Shown here: positions 7,435-17,212 of the stretch, one piece after another
Position numbering within the stretch: the stretch's first letter is position 1
Layout: each line of letters opens with the position of its first letter
IMG/VR virus record: IMGVR_UViG_3300029862_000001
Location: 53,276-117,275 of that record
Origin: a virus
Taxonomy: Duplodnaviria > Heunggongvirae > Uroviricota > Caudoviricetes
DNA length: 64,000 bases
Reading direction: 5' to 3' (one strand)
The notes under the pieces: generated by a model
The model's input: only the letters and a program-made list of their open reading frames with translations
Database searches by the model: none
Told to the model about the DNA's origin: nothing
Made by a program: the position numbers and the translations under genes

Positions 7435-8178
7435 ATGGAAAATCCAATTATTGTTCCGTTTGATTTAAATACGGCGAGAAAAATTAAAAGCGGAGAAATA
7501 GAAGGTTCAGTATTAATTGGTAATATTAAAATAGAATTTGTATATGAGTCAAAAGACTGGGCAGATCGTTATAATTTACTTTTTGTAAAAAAAAATGAAT
7601 CTAGGATAAGTGCTATATATGCCGATACAGAAGGTCGTACTTTTTTCAACAACGTTCTGGAATTGGAAGTAGAGGCTGGAGCGTATTTTAAGAAAGGAGA
7701 TGTATTAATAAGCACGCTTGGGAACCCATTTATATATAATGGTATTATTAATAGAGAAGGAGATATGGGATGCATATATGGTATATCGGCATATGGCGAG
7801 ATTACATCTGAAGAAGTTCCAATATGGACAAGTGTGTGTGGTGAGGATAAATCCAAGTATGTTAGATTAGCCACAGAGGAAGAGAAAAAATCTTTTGCTG
7901 AAAGAATTGCTAATACAGAAAACCTTAAAAAAGCAGGAATAATAAAACAATATCTAAGTGAGTACGAATACTTGCTGACTAAAGAAAAGAAATGCGATTT
8001 TAAGCCATTCGATCAAGTCTTGGTGAGAGCAAGCAATTTGGGAAATTGGAATCTACACTTATTTGCCAGAGTAAGAGAAGAAGAATATAAATATGAATGC
8101 TTGGGAGGTTTGAGATACAAAGAGTGTATCCCATACCAAGGAAATGAGCATCTTTTAGGAACTAATAAAAATGGATAA
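7435..8178 (+). CDS. hypothetical protein (247 aa)
   Basis: ATG start; long uninterrupted ORF. Confidence 0.6.
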   Translation: MENPIIVPFDLNTARKIKSGEIEGSVLIGNIKIEFVYESKDWADRYNLLFVKKNESRISAIYADTEGRTFFNNVLELEVEAGAYFKKGDVLISTLGNPFIYNGIINREGDMGCIYGISAYGEITSEEVPIWTSVCGEDKSKYVRLATEEEKKSFAERIANTENLKKAGIIKQYLSEYEYLLTKEKKCDFKPFDQVLVRASNLGNWNLHLFARVREEEYKYECLGGLRYKECIPYQGNEHLLGTNKNG

Positions 8179-8183
8179 CAAAT

Positions 8184-8459
8184 ATGAAAACAATAACATA
8201 CGAAGGGGTGCAGCATGGAGACTGGGTGAGATGTGTCTTATGTGGGGCGCAAATGCTTCTTCCATGTGGGGCAGATAAATGCCCGGAATGTGGAGAAAAT
8301 GGCACTTTAAGGTGGGTCGACGAAGAGAGGCAGGAGATGGATGCTAAAGATTTGGATTGCTTAGGTTATGTAAGAGAGTTGAGGATAGATGATTATTTAT
8401 CTCCAACAACATTAGAAGAGATCGCGGAAGAAATAAAGAAAAAAGTAAATAGAGGATAA
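8184..8459 (+). CDS. hypothetical zinc-ribbon protein (CVLCG...CPECG)
   Basis: ATG start; two CxxC pairs. Confidence 0.55.
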   Translation: MKTITYEGVQHGDWVRCVLCGAQMLLPCGADKCPECGENGTLRWVDEERQEMDAKDLDCLGYVRELRIDDYLSPTTLEEIAEEIKKKVNRG

Positions 8460-8582
8460 CTCTAATGAGAAAATTATTAAAAGTAAAATTTATTCAAAAA
8501 TGTGCATGCGGGGCGGTCACTATCAGATTTGATAATGACCGCTGAATTAAGTAACATAGCTAAGAATTGTAAAATATAGAAA

Positions 8583-8813
8583 ATGTTAGGATGTCAGACA
8601 TATTGTATATCAGACAGTCCTTCGAATAGATACTGTCTTATTGGACCTATTGAGTGCAATGAGAAGTTAATAGAAGTGTTTAAGAAGGGGATAATGGTAA
8701 AACTCAAATACGTGGAAAAACGAGTCCTGGATACATTTACGGACAACGGAGTCGACCTGAGCAATTACACTCACTGTATTATTGTGAAGCGGAATTTTTA
8801 TCTCGCTTGGTAA
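8583..8813 (+). CDS. hypothetical protein (76 aa)
   Basis: ATG start after a 120-bp intergenic hairpin (gcggtca...tgaccgc at ~8509-8544). Confidence 0.4.
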   Translation: MLGCQTYCISDSPSNRYCLIGPIECNEKLIEVFKKGIMVKLKYVEKRVLDTFTDNGVDLSNYTHCIIVKRNFYLAW

Positions 8814-8831
8814 CGGCAAAACATAAACAAT

Positions 8832-9494
8832 ATGAATAATTTTGTAATAGATACTCCAGATAATTTCTGGCAAATAAGATGGCTTGACAAGTATATGGAA
8901 GGCCACAAAGGATTCATAGCTGGTGGATGTTTTAAAAATATCCTTTCCGGAGAAAGAGTAAAAGACATTGATATTTTCTTTGAAAGTGAAAGCGATTTTC
9001 AGGAGGCTATTGATTCGTTCAATGATGAAAAACATCAGAAAGAAGGATGGAAATTTAAGTACAGAAATGAGAAGGTATGTGCGTTCCAGAAAGAGGGAGA
9101 AAAGGTATGGATAGAGTTCATAGAGTCAGAGTTTGGAAAGCCGAAAGAGATTCTTAGGAGCTTCGATTTTACTGTGACAAAAATGGCTTACTATAAGGAG
9201 CCCAAATACGAAGAAAAAGAAGATGATTATTTTCCATTCTCATCTGCAAGTATAGTAGCATACGAGTACAAACTACTCTATCATGAGAAATTCTTCGAAC
9301 ATCTTCATATGAAGAGGCTGGTTATTGACGAAAATATCCCTTTTCCAGTAAGTACATGGGAGCGCTCATATCGGTATAAAGGATATGGTTACAATATGTG
9401 CCGGGAGACAAAGAAAAAACTTCTACAGGCTATTAAAGGTGTAAACGTAGAGGAGGAAGATGTATCTTTGTACACTACTGGAAGATGGGATTAA
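8832..9494 (+). CDS. putative minimal nucleotidyltransferase (polymerase-beta-like fold)
   Basis: Motif IAGGCFKNILSGERVKDIDIFF matches hG[GS]-x(9-13)-DhDh of the Pol-beta NTase superfamily. Judged by eye only. Confidence 0.45.
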   Translation: MNNFVIDTPDNFWQIRWLDKYMEGHKGFIAGGCFKNILSGERVKDIDIFFESESDFQEAIDSFNDEKHQKEGWKFKYRNEKVCAFQKEGEKVWIEFIESEFGKPKEILRSFDFTVTKMAYYKEPKYEEKEDDYFPFSSASIVAYEYKLLYHEKFFEHLHMKRLVIDENIPFPVSTWERSYRYKGYGYNMCRETKKKLLQAIKGVNVEEEDVSLYTTGRWD

Positions 9495-9952
9495 CCTATA
9501 AAACAAAATTGCTTATGAAAACATTAGAACAACTTAAAGAATTAGCATCAAAATGTTTAGACGGTAGAGATTTTAACAGACTGGCTAAATTTATCCCATA
9601 TAACATGATAAAGGATTTCGATATGGAGCCGAACGAAGAATACAATAACGAAGAAAGGTGGAACAGTACTGTAGTTGAATTTACCAGGGAGAATGTTTTG
9701 AAACAGCTTGAAGAAGATGTAAGATTCGGTTTTGAAAAGGCATTAAATCAGAGAGGAATATCAGCCAGTTTAATGTTTGAATGTGTAATGATGTGGAACT
9801 ACATCCTGGAAGAAGGTCTTGAAGACTGGGATGAGGATGATTATGGATTTTACGGGCTACCTCTATTTAAAGCTACGGCTGTAAAATACGGATGGGATAA
9901 TCCTATAGGGGAAGACAGCGGGAGAGAAAGAAAATATGATTCACAGTATTAA
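9485..9952 (+). CDS. hypothetical acidic protein (155 aa; alternative start at 9515)
   Basis: ATG at 9485 overlaps the upstream stop; no HEPN Rx4-6H motif seen. Confidence 0.45.
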   Translation: MGLTYKTKLLMKTLEQLKELASKCLDGRDFNRLAKFIPYNMIKDFDMEPNEEYNNEERWNSTVVEFTRENVLKQLEEDVRFGFEKALNQRGISASLMFECVMMWNYILEEGLEDWDEDDYGFYGLPLFKATAVKYGWDNPIGEDSGRERKYDSQY

Positions 9953-9963
9953 ATGGGCATATC

Positions 9964-10818
9964 ATGAGCACAAGTAAAGAATACAAGGCAGTAAGGAACT
10001 GTATATTAAATGAACTTCACCTTACCAAAGAAGATATAATCAAAAACATAGAGCCGTTATTGGAGAAACACGTAAAACGGTACATGGTTAATACATATGG
10101 AGGTGACAACCAGATAGAAAACTGGATCAGATGCATGGTGAATGATGAACTCAAACGAAGAGATCATGATTTTGTAAGAAAAGCGTGCGAGAGCGTCATC
10201 AGGGATCATGTATTAAATGAGTTGAATATAATCGTAAGATCCAAAAGTGAGAAATGTACATGTGAAAACAGAGTACCATCCGAAGAGGATAAGAAAGAGT
10301 CAACTGACGGACTGTATATAATCTACAAAGACGGACATGCAGAGCCGTTTACCGGCGATAACTCCAAAGATTGTGTACGATACATTGGGTTGAAGCACAG
10401 ATACATGTCATTTGCAATCTCACTGACGGAGCATGATATCGTACAATTGCTTGACGATGATAGCCGTGAAGAATCCGGAAGTGGGACATATTACGAATGT
10501 GAATGTGATGCGCTGTTTGACATTGACGGACGCGGCAATACGGAACGCCTTGTAGCCAGAAATCCAAAATTGAGAAATCTGCTGGAAGATGGCGAGTATA
10601 TACCATCTCTTGGTCAATTAAATTTAATGGCCCATTATATGAACGAACTAAACAAAGCATTCGCTTATGTTTCGGCATCTCCCCTCTCCTCGACGTGGTA
10701 TTGGTCCAGTACTGAGAACAGCCAGGCCGTCGCGTGGTACGTGGTCTTCTCCAGTGGCCTCACGGGCACCGGCAACAAGCACATCGGAGACATGGTTCGG
10801 GCGGTAATTGATTTTTAA
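9964..10818 (+). CDS. hypothetical protein (284 aa)
   Basis: ATG start; the last ~45 codons (10680-10815) use GC-ending codons, unlike the rest of the gene. Confidence 0.55.
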   Translation: MSTSKEYKAVRNCILNELHLTKEDIIKNIEPLLEKHVKRYMVNTYGGDNQIENWIRCMVNDELKRRDHDFVRKACESVIRDHVLNELNIIVRSKSEKCTCENRVPSEEDKKESTDGLYIIYKDGHAEPFTGDNSKDCVRYIGLKHRYMSFAISLTEHDIVQLLDDDSREESGSGTYYECECDALFDIDGRGNTERLVARNPKLRNLLEDGEYIPSLGQLNLMAHYMNELNKAFAYVSASPLSSTWYWSSTENSQAVAWYVVFSSGLTGTGNKHIGDMVRAVIDF

Positions 10819-10829
10819 AAAGGATTACA

Positions 10830-11498
10830 ATGATAACATCAGTAAAAATAAAAGACAATACAAAAACTCCATTTGAATATGCTTCGGACATAGAAGCGTT
10901 TGAAAATGGTAAAGAATTTATTTTCAAGCCAGGAGTGAATGTAATTATAGGTAAAAACGGTAGTGGAAAATCAACTTTGCTTAACATCATATCAATGTAT
11001 GCGTTATGCGAGAAGTCCATGTGCTCTGAAATGCCGGCTGAGGCGCTGGATTTTCCACCTATATTTGATGATGATGACAAGGTTCTTGATGGGATTGACA
11101 TATCATCTGATTATGCAGGGAAAGTATTCCGTTTATTGCCATCGGCGGAGATGAATCGAGATAGCGTATTGAAAAACATCAGCAATTTCGATTTGTATGT
11201 GAATAATATTCGAAGATCTTATGGAGAGAAAGTGGTGTTATCATTGGAATCACTCTTCAATTTAATGTTCGGTCAAAAGGATTATACATTTCCAATACAA
11301 GATCTTGTAGAATACAAGAAAAAATCAAATGCGTTTTGGATTAAAAGAATTGATAACCTGTTGAAGTATTATGGAAGAAACCGCATAACATTAACAGAAA
11401 GCAGTTTTGAATACACGGTTCTCATGGATGAGCCAGATAGGAATCTTGACATTGACAACGTAATGCAAATTTATAATGTATTGTCATTCCATATTTGA
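10830..11498 (+). CDS. minimal ABC/SMC-type P-loop ATPase
   Basis: Walker A VIIGKNGSGKSTLLN, signature-like RSYGEKVVLSL, Walker B/D-loop VLMDEPDRNLD. Confidence 0.6.
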   Translation: MITSVKIKDNTKTPFEYASDIEAFENGKEFIFKPGVNVIIGKNGSGKSTLLNIISMYALCEKSMCSEMPAEALDFPPIFDDDDKVLDGIDISSDYAGKVFRLLPSAEMNRDSVLKNISNFDLYVNNIRRSYGEKVVLSLESLFNLMFGQKDYTFPIQDLVEYKKKSNAFWIKRIDNLLKYYGRNRITLTESSFEYTVLMDEPDRNLDIDNVMQIYNVLSFHI

Positions 11499-11502
11499 AA
11501 AC

Positions 11503-11937
11503 ATGGCTTTGCTGAATATAGAAGACTACAATGAGCTTAAAGCTAAAGCCGAAGCAACAGATGAGCAGATAAAGAAACAAGCCGAAGAAATGGCTAAGCC
11601 TGAAGTTGTCACATTGAAAGTGTGCTTTGATACATACGGATTATTATACAGGCCAAATACTTGTGTTGATGTTGAAATACCATTCTATGATGATGAAAAA
11701 ATCAGAGATATGCTTAACAAAGCAAGTGCTGATATAATGAAATGGTGTGACAAAAATATGATAAAATACAACAAAGAACTCAAAGAATCCAGGTCTACAA
11801 AAAAACATTGCGAAGGACTAAGAAAGCATATCGCAAATCTCGAAAGACGCCTTTTAAGGCATACATTGGCAAATGTTATTTTATCTATTATATCAGTTGC
11901 GACTATAATTGCCCTTTTCACATTAATTCAAAACTAA
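11503..11937 (+). CDS. hypothetical coiled-coil protein with C-terminal transmembrane helix
   Basis: The internal ATG at 11503 avoids overlapping the ATPase gene; C-terminus VILSIISVATIIALFTLI is hydrophobic. Confidence 0.45.
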   Translation: MALLNIEDYNELKAKAEATDEQIKKQAEEMAKPEVVTLKVCFDTYGLLYRPNTCVDVEIPFYDDEKIRDMLNKASADIMKWCDKNMIKYNKELKESRSTKKHCEGLRKHIANLERRLLRHTLANVILSIISVATIIALFTLIQN

Positions 11938-11944
11938 AAAAAAT

Positions 11945-12190
11945 ATGAATAAGAATATAATCAACAACGCTCAACTTTTAGAGATTAAAACTAAGATTAG
12001 ACAACTTGGAGCAATGATGAATGCATATCAATGCAGGTTTGTGGTTTCTTCGGGTCAATTGTTTTTTGTGGATGATGAATATGCTGGAACGGTTAAACTG
12101 ACTAATCTTGATAATGGAGAATCTAACATATCATTCCCTTCATGTGACGATGGATTGATAATCAATCCAGCCGATAAGCATATTAAATAA
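11945..12190 (+). CDS. hypothetical protein (81 aa)
   Basis: ATG start. Confidence 0.45.
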   Translation: MNKNIINNAQLLEIKTKIRQLGAMMNAYQCRFVVSSGQLFFVDDEYAGTVKLTNLDNGESNISFPSCDDGLIINPADKHIK

Positions 12191-12234
12191 TTTCAAAACT
12201 AAAAATATTTAAATTAATTAAACAATAATAAGAC

Positions 12235-12501
12235 ATGAAACAAGATATAGAATTTGCTGTTCCTCTTTTTAAAGCTGGTGCAGAATGGCGTATTAACAGC
12301 GTGTGGCATTCTATAACAGTAATTCCAGATTGCCACCGTTTTATTGTGTTTCTCCCTAAGAAATCAACAATAGGATCAAAGAATCCAATTATGGGTATAT
12401 TGGAAGAGAACAGAACTTTTATATCCAGCCGTCCAGGATGTATTTTATGCAGATTAGATGAAATGGAATCATGGGCTTATTTGGATGATCTATTACCTTA
12501 G
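12235..12501 (+). CDS. hypothetical protein (88 aa)
   Basis: ATG start. Confidence 0.45.
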   Translation: MKQDIEFAVPLFKAGAEWRINSVWHSITVIPDCHRFIVFLPKKSTIGSKNPIMGILEENRTFISSRPGCILCRLDEMESWAYLDDLLP

Positions 12502-12574
12502 GTAATTATATACTCAATTTTAAAAGTTAGAATTATGAAAAAAAGATTTAACAGACAAAGAAAAAGAGGAAAGA

Positions 12575-12784
12575 ATGAATTACCTTACCATTCATAAATG
12601 TAAAAACGAGGATGAACGTAAAGAGTTAAAAGAATTATGTGATTGGTATTTTAAGGATACTCCTACATTAACTATGTCTTTTTCTTTAACAGAAGAAGAT
12701 TTTCGGGTAACAATGGAAAGGGACGTGGAGTTGTCGGAGGTAGCCAGAGCGGTAAAGAATCAACACCATAAGAAGAAAATTTGA
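12575..12784 (+). CDS. hypothetical protein (69 aa)
   Basis: ATG start. Confidence 0.4.
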   Translation: MNYLTIHKCKNEDERKELKELCDWYFKDTPTLTMSFSLTEEDFRVTMERDVELSEVARAVKNQHHKKKI

Positions 12785-12790
12785 AAGGTT

Positions 12791-12994
12791 ATGACCGACA
12801 GAGAACTTCTTGAAGAAAACAATAAGATGTTAAAGGAAATCCTAAGTTTTGTGAGAAAAGTCGATTCTGTTGAATATAGGGATCATCATGACTTTATGGA
12901 ATTTCTTAGAAATGTGGTAGCCGATATATGGGTAGAATATACGGAGCCTGAACAAAGAGGTAGATTGTTTAATTTAATAAATAAAAAGAAATGA
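12791..12994 (+). CDS. hypothetical protein (67 aa)
   Basis: ATG start. Confidence 0.4.
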   Translation: MTDRELLEENNKMLKEILSFVRKVDSVEYRDHHDFMEFLRNVVADIWVEYTEPEQRGRLFNLINKKK

Positions 12995-13293
12995 AAACAG
13001 TTTTTGATTTAAGCAGAGATGAGATTGTGGCATTGACAGACGAAAAGATAAGTCTGTATATAGACAAAGAGCTTGTTGGTAAGGGTATTCCAATTGAAGC
13101 TAAAAATTGGAATATAAAGAACGAAAAAGAAGTCGTGTATCCAAGAACTGGAGTTCCAGTATTTATGTTAAAAGATGTCGGCATCGGTTTTAGAACCATA
13201 GAAGGTGCAACTGAGGTGGCTAATTTGCTTGTTAAATATAATGCATTTAAAATAGAATCAAGGTTTCTGACAGGATCGTATGAACAGTTTTGA
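12991..13293 (+). CDS. hypothetical protein (100 aa)
   Basis: ATGA overlap; ends at TGA 13291-13293. Confidence 0.5.
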   Translation: MKTVFDLSRDEIVALTDEKISLYIDKELVGKGIPIEAKNWNIKNEKEVVYPRTGVPVFMLKDVGIGFRTIEGATEVANLLVKYNAFKIESRFLTGSYEQF

Positions 13294-13389
13294 ATCATAA
13301 AAGAAAGTGTTTGCCCGGCTATTAAAGGGGAAGCGGGGTATAGCAAAGAAGAGTTTGATAAGGTAAACAAGGAAAACCAAGATCCAGAA

Positions 13390-13659
13390 TTGGAAAGTAT
13401 AAATTCCTTCAATAACACTTTGAAAAATGCCAATGAAATTAAAGACAGGGTGTTGAAATACGTGTACAACATAAAACAAGAGCGTTCATATAACAATGAC
13501 CTGGTTGGCATCTTTGAAAGGTATAAAGATATAGCAGATGGTGATATGGAGGTAGCTATGAATTTTATTAAGGAGACCTATCCATTCAATGAAGAAACAG
13601 AGTCGTTTATCAAAAAAAAGTTTGACATGCCTATACCGGACGAATCAAAAGAGCAGTAA
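13390..13659 (+). CDS. hypothetical protein (TTG start; same frame as the upstream gene, no intervening stop after TGA 13291)
   Basis: No ATG between 13294 and 13390; either a TTG start or a read-through/annotation ambiguity. Confidence 0.3.
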   Translation: MESINSFNNTLKNANEIKDRVLKYVYNIKQERSYNNDLVGIFERYKDIADGDMEVAMNFIKETYPFNEETESFIKKKFDMPIPDESKEQ

Positions 13660-13733
13660 TTAAGCTAAATTAAATCATTTTGAATCTTTTTTATTATCAA
13701 AAGACATATCTTTGTCCAAAAAAAACAAACAGA

Positions 13734-13988
13734 ATGGAAGAAAAAGAGATAAAAGAAGCTATGATTGAAGCCCTGACGCACTTAGAGGGGTGTAAGTATT
13801 TCGTGGCTACGATAGTAAATGAAGAGGAAAGAAGATTTGATATGAGCCTAAGAATGTCACAGCATCAATTGGCGTTAATTATAAAAGGCATCTTATCTAA
13901 TAACGAGATGATGATGATGGATGTTTTGCAGTGGTGTTCTGAAAGATTTAAAAATAGTATAGAGAAAGGAAAGAAATCAACTAATTAA
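13734..13988 (+). CDS. hypothetical protein (84 aa)
   Basis: Track start at 13680 is TTG; the first ATG is 13734 (MEEKEIKE...). Confidence 0.45.
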   Translation: MEEKEIKEAMIEALTHLEGCKYFVATIVNEEERRFDMSLRMSQHQLALIIKGILSNNEMMMMDVLQWCSERFKNSIEKGKKSTN

Positions 13989-13999
13989 ATATTAATACA

Positions 14000-14470
14000 A
14001 TGAATCGCTGGTTTGAAATTACGGTAAAAGCCGAGATTGATAATATCGAGAACGGCAAAAAAAAGAAAGTAACTGAAAAGTATTTAGTGGATGCCTTGTC
14101 TTACACAGAGGCAGAATCAAGATCGTTGGAGATCTTCAAGGATTTGTACAATTCTTTCGAGGTTGTAAAAATTAATCCTATTAAAGTGTCGGAAATCTTC
14201 TTCAACGGAGAAGCTGAGTACTGGTATAAGTGTAAGGTGAATTACATTACACTGGATGAAAAGAAAGGTAAAGAAAAGAAAACTCCATGCTATATGTATA
14301 TCCAGGCCGGCAATCCTAAGGATGCCGAAGCTGTGTTGACTAAAGGTATGCAGGGTACGTTAGGAGACTGGAATTGCGAGTCTATTGTGGAAACGAAAAT
14401 CATTGAAGTGTTTAAATACGATCTTCAGAAGGGAGCTGAAAAATTAGGCGAGAAGAAGAGTGAAGAGTAA
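14000..14470 (+). CDS. hypothetical protein (156 aa)
   Basis: ATG start. Confidence 0.55.
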   Translation: MNRWFEITVKAEIDNIENGKKKKVTEKYLVDALSYTEAESRSLEIFKDLYNSFEVVKINPIKVSEIFFNGEAEYWYKCKVNYITLDEKKGKEKKTPCYMYIQAGNPKDAEAVLTKGMQGTLGDWNCESIVETKIIEVFKYDLQKGAEKLGEKKSEE

Positions 14471-14699
14471 GGCTGATGTAGTTTCCAACATAGCGCTTGT
14501 TGTGGCGATAATATCATTGCTTTCAGCAGGCGCTTTCCTTCTGATAGTGATTAAGACAGACGAGGTATCTAAATTATTAATGAACGTACCTTATCTACTG
14601 GCTTCAGCGGGATTGTTCTTTTCAATAATATCATTATTATTCGAATGGAAAGCAAGGAAAAGAAGCTATACGTCTGCGAAAAATGCGGACGAAAAGTGA
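14460..14699 (+). CDS. small membrane protein with two predicted TM helices and a charged C-terminus
   Basis: GTG start overlapping the upstream stop; hydrophobic stretches IALVVAIISLLSAGAFLLIVI and YLLASAGLFFSIISLLF. Confidence 0.4.
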   Translation: MKSKADVVSNIALVVAIISLLSAGAFLLIVIKTDEVSKLLMNVPYLLASAGLFFSIISLLFEWKARKRSYTSAKNADEK

Positions 14700-15169
14700 T
14701 GATAAGAAGTCATGGCTTATGCCAGGCTTGCAGGAGCAAAGAGTTGACTCCGAAGAAAAAAGACAGAATTACATCCATTAAAAACAGCAGCAAGAAGAAA
14801 AAGTTAGAGAACCCGGATTTATCCGGGTTTTTTCGTCTTATGTTGGAGGAATTGAGTACTATTCGAATGTCTATGACTGGTAAGGCTATTCATTTTCCTA
14901 CAGTATGTAACGTCTGTCACATACTTCCGAAAAGGTTATATAAGTCGGTTGCCACTTGCAGAGATAATATAGTTTTCCTTCATGAATCGGAGCATACGGT
15001 ATTCGACATGTATCTTGACCGGATGGAATTTGATAAACTTGAAACAGAATTTCCTTTTGTGTGGAAGTATGCGGTAAAGAAGGTACTGGATATGGAAAGC
15101 AGGGGAATGATTAAAGAAAGAGGTAGATTAATTATTGAAATAATTGACAGATATGAGAAAACTTTATAA
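14645..15169 (+). CDS. hypothetical zinc-ribbon protein (CEKCG...CQAC)
   Basis: ATG start. Confidence 0.5.
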   Translation: MESKEKKLYVCEKCGRKVMIRSHGLCQACRSKELTPKKKDRITSIKNSSKKKKLENPDLSGFFRLMLEELSTIRMSMTGKAIHFPTVCNVCHILPKRLYKSVATCRDNIVFLHESEHTVFDMYLDRMEFDKLETEFPFVWKYAVKKVLDMESRGMIKERGRLIIEIIDRYEKTL

Positions 15170-15329
15170 AATAAGAATAGAAGCTGACGATGAAACTATC
15201 TTTTATGCTCACATACGAAGAGAGAGTTATGGTAAGGATATAGCTATCGCAGTGAAAGATAGAGATAAAGATGAAGTGGAAACAGTGTTACATTGTATTA
15301 AAGAAGAATTGATTAGAGGAAGATCATGA
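15153..15329 (+). CDS. hypothetical protein (58 aa)
   Basis: Track start is TTG at 15144; ATG at 15153. Confidence 0.35.
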   Translation: MRKLYKIRIEADDETIFYAHIRRESYGKDIAIAVKDRDKDEVETVLHCIKEELIRGRS

Positions 15330-16642
15330 AAGAAAAAATAAAAATATTGACAGATTTAGGATTTGTACCTATGGTGGAAGGAGAAGGAAATACGTTGTTT
15401 AGAATGAACGATGTTGTGATATCGGTGTCAGATCCCAACCAAACACCAGAGCAGTTAAAGAAGGAGGTTATGTCTTTAATAAAGAACAGAGACATAGCAG
15501 AAAGAGGCGGACAGGTTCCAGTAGTTGAAGAGCCGGCGCCTGAGCCAGAGCAGGCCCAGAAGGAGGAACCGGAAGCTCCGGCGGAGGGAGCCGCTTCTAA
15601 CCCTGGAGAAGAGGATTCGAATCCGTTTACAGAAAATCAGGAAACGTTAGAGCCGTTTTATATCTGTGATGAGTTAAAGAAGATCGAGACTCCCAAATTC
15701 GTAAGATTGACATTAGACGGTAATCGTTTTTATGTAAGAAAGATGGATGATGGGACAGCCAAGATATATGCTTCGGTAACAACCATGATCAGAGACGGAT
15801 TCGTAGATGACAAGACGGCTCTTCAAGAATGGAGACAGGAGATGAGGATGATTGGTCGCAATCCGGAAGAAGTATCAGAATATGATGCAGATAAAGGAAC
15901 GATCATGCACTACCTATACGGATTGTACTTGACGGGCAGAGATATGGTCTTAAATCGAAGTTTTATAGTTAAGACAGTGCAAGAAGGCAAGCTTAAAATA
16001 TCAAAAAAGAATCTTGACAAATTCTTTGGTAGCATAGATGATCTTGACGATATGATTGTCAGAGTTATGAAGTTTGCTAAGTTTTGTTCGGAGTATAAGG
16101 TTAAGCCGATGATGATTGAAAGAATATTGTCATTAGAAGATTATTTGGTAGCTACGCCGATAGATGCGATGGTTAAAATGACATTCAAATACAAAGAAGA
16201 AGGTTATTTTGGAGCCGTGTATCAAAGGGCTACGGGGCAGTTCAAAAAAGGAGATCCGAAGAAGGAAGTGAGAGAAGTGGAGAAAGAAGAGATTGTTATC
16301 TTAGATTTTAAATCAGGTGACATACGAAATGAACATGCTTTTCAATTGGAGGCTGAAAGGAGAATGGTTAAAAACTGGTACGGAATTGATGCACGTATTA
16401 TGAATTTTTCTCCAAAAAGCACGAACAGTAAAGGTTATACGCTAAAAGAATGGTCTGATAAAAATGCTGCTATGGAGAAAGCGGACTGTGTGTTCCAACA
16501 AGGGATGTTGAATCATATCAGAAAAGATAAGAGGTTTAAAGTGAGAAAAGGAGTGCTGAATATCAATAAGCCGTACAATGAAGAGGATCATATTGTCGTA
16601 TATGATATTGCTGAGGAAATGTCTAAAAGATTCGTAATATGA
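15326..16642 (+). CDS. putative PD-(D/E)XK-family nuclease with acidic Pro/Glu-rich linker
   Basis: C-terminal motifs ATPIDAM ... EIVILDFKSGD (D...DxK); N-terminal low-complexity PAPEPEQAQKEEPEAPAEG. Confidence 0.5.
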   Translation: MKEKIKILTDLGFVPMVEGEGNTLFRMNDVVISVSDPNQTPEQLKKEVMSLIKNRDIAERGGQVPVVEEPAPEPEQAQKEEPEAPAEGAASNPGEEDSNPFTENQETLEPFYICDELKKIETPKFVRLTLDGNRFYVRKMDDGTAKIYASVTTMIRDGFVDDKTALQEWRQEMRMIGRNPEEVSEYDADKGTIMHYLYGLYLTGRDMVLNRSFIVKTVQEGKLKISKKNLDKFFGSIDDLDDMIVRVMKFAKFCSEYKVKPMMIERILSLEDYLVATPIDAMVKMTFKYKEEGYFGAVYQRATGQFKKGDPKKEVREVEKEEIVILDFKSGDIRNEHAFQLEAERRMVKNWYGIDARIMNFSPKSTNSKGYTLKEWSDKNAAMEKADCVFQQGMLNHIRKDKRFKVRKGVLNINKPYNEEDHIVVYDIAEEMSKRFVI

Positions 16643-16872
16643 GTGATATTGTTATTCCTGAAGGAGATTATGTGGAAATCGTAAAACCGATATGTATCAA
16701 TCCTTTTGGTGGTTATTTTATTAACATCAAAAGGGGTTCAAGATTAAGATTATCGAAAGATTTGAAAATAGGGGATAAGTATGCAATATGCATACTCACA
16801 TCTTATGAGAAATATGGTAAGACCGTTAAAGTAGTAATGCCTATACTGGTTAGAAACACAAGAAGAGTATGA
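16639..16872 (+). CDS. hypothetical protein (77 aa)
   Basis: ATGA overlap. Confidence 0.45.
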   Translation: MSDIVIPEGDYVEIVKPICINPFGGYFINIKRGSRLRLSKDLKIGDKYAICILTSYEKYGKTVKVVMPILVRNTRRV

Positions 16873-17114
16873 AAAGAAAAATTAGAAGAACCGGGGAGAT
16901 AATAGACGTAATCACCTTCAGCGGCTCAACTACAAGAAGCGACTGTGACAAAATACAGTTCTATGACAGAAACGGAAGTGTGATAAATGAGAGTTTAAAT
17001 TATTATCTCGATACCCTTCCTGTGGATGATGAAAACAAAGGCGTAGATTGGGAACAACGTAGATTCGATCTTGTTAAGGCTTATTCTATTGAGTTTATCA
17101 AAAATGCAAAATAG
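16869..17114 (+). CDS. hypothetical protein (81 aa)
   Basis: ATGA overlap. Confidence 0.45.
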   Translation: MKRKIRRTGEIIDVITFSGSTTRSDCDKIQFYDRNGSVINESLNYYLDTLPVDDENKGVDWEQRRFDLVKAYSIEFIKNAK

Positions 17115-17212
17115 AAAAGGAGAGATAGATTGCGGAGTATATGTACAGAATGTGGTGTCATGGTCTATAGATATAGCGGATAGAATCATAGAAGCAATGA
17201 GAGGAGTTGAAA

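Noticed and set aside
9485-9952. HEPN toxin partner for the putative nucleotidyltransferase (MNT-HEPN TA pair)
   Set aside because: No Rx4-6H HEPN motif is visible in the downstream 155-aa protein.
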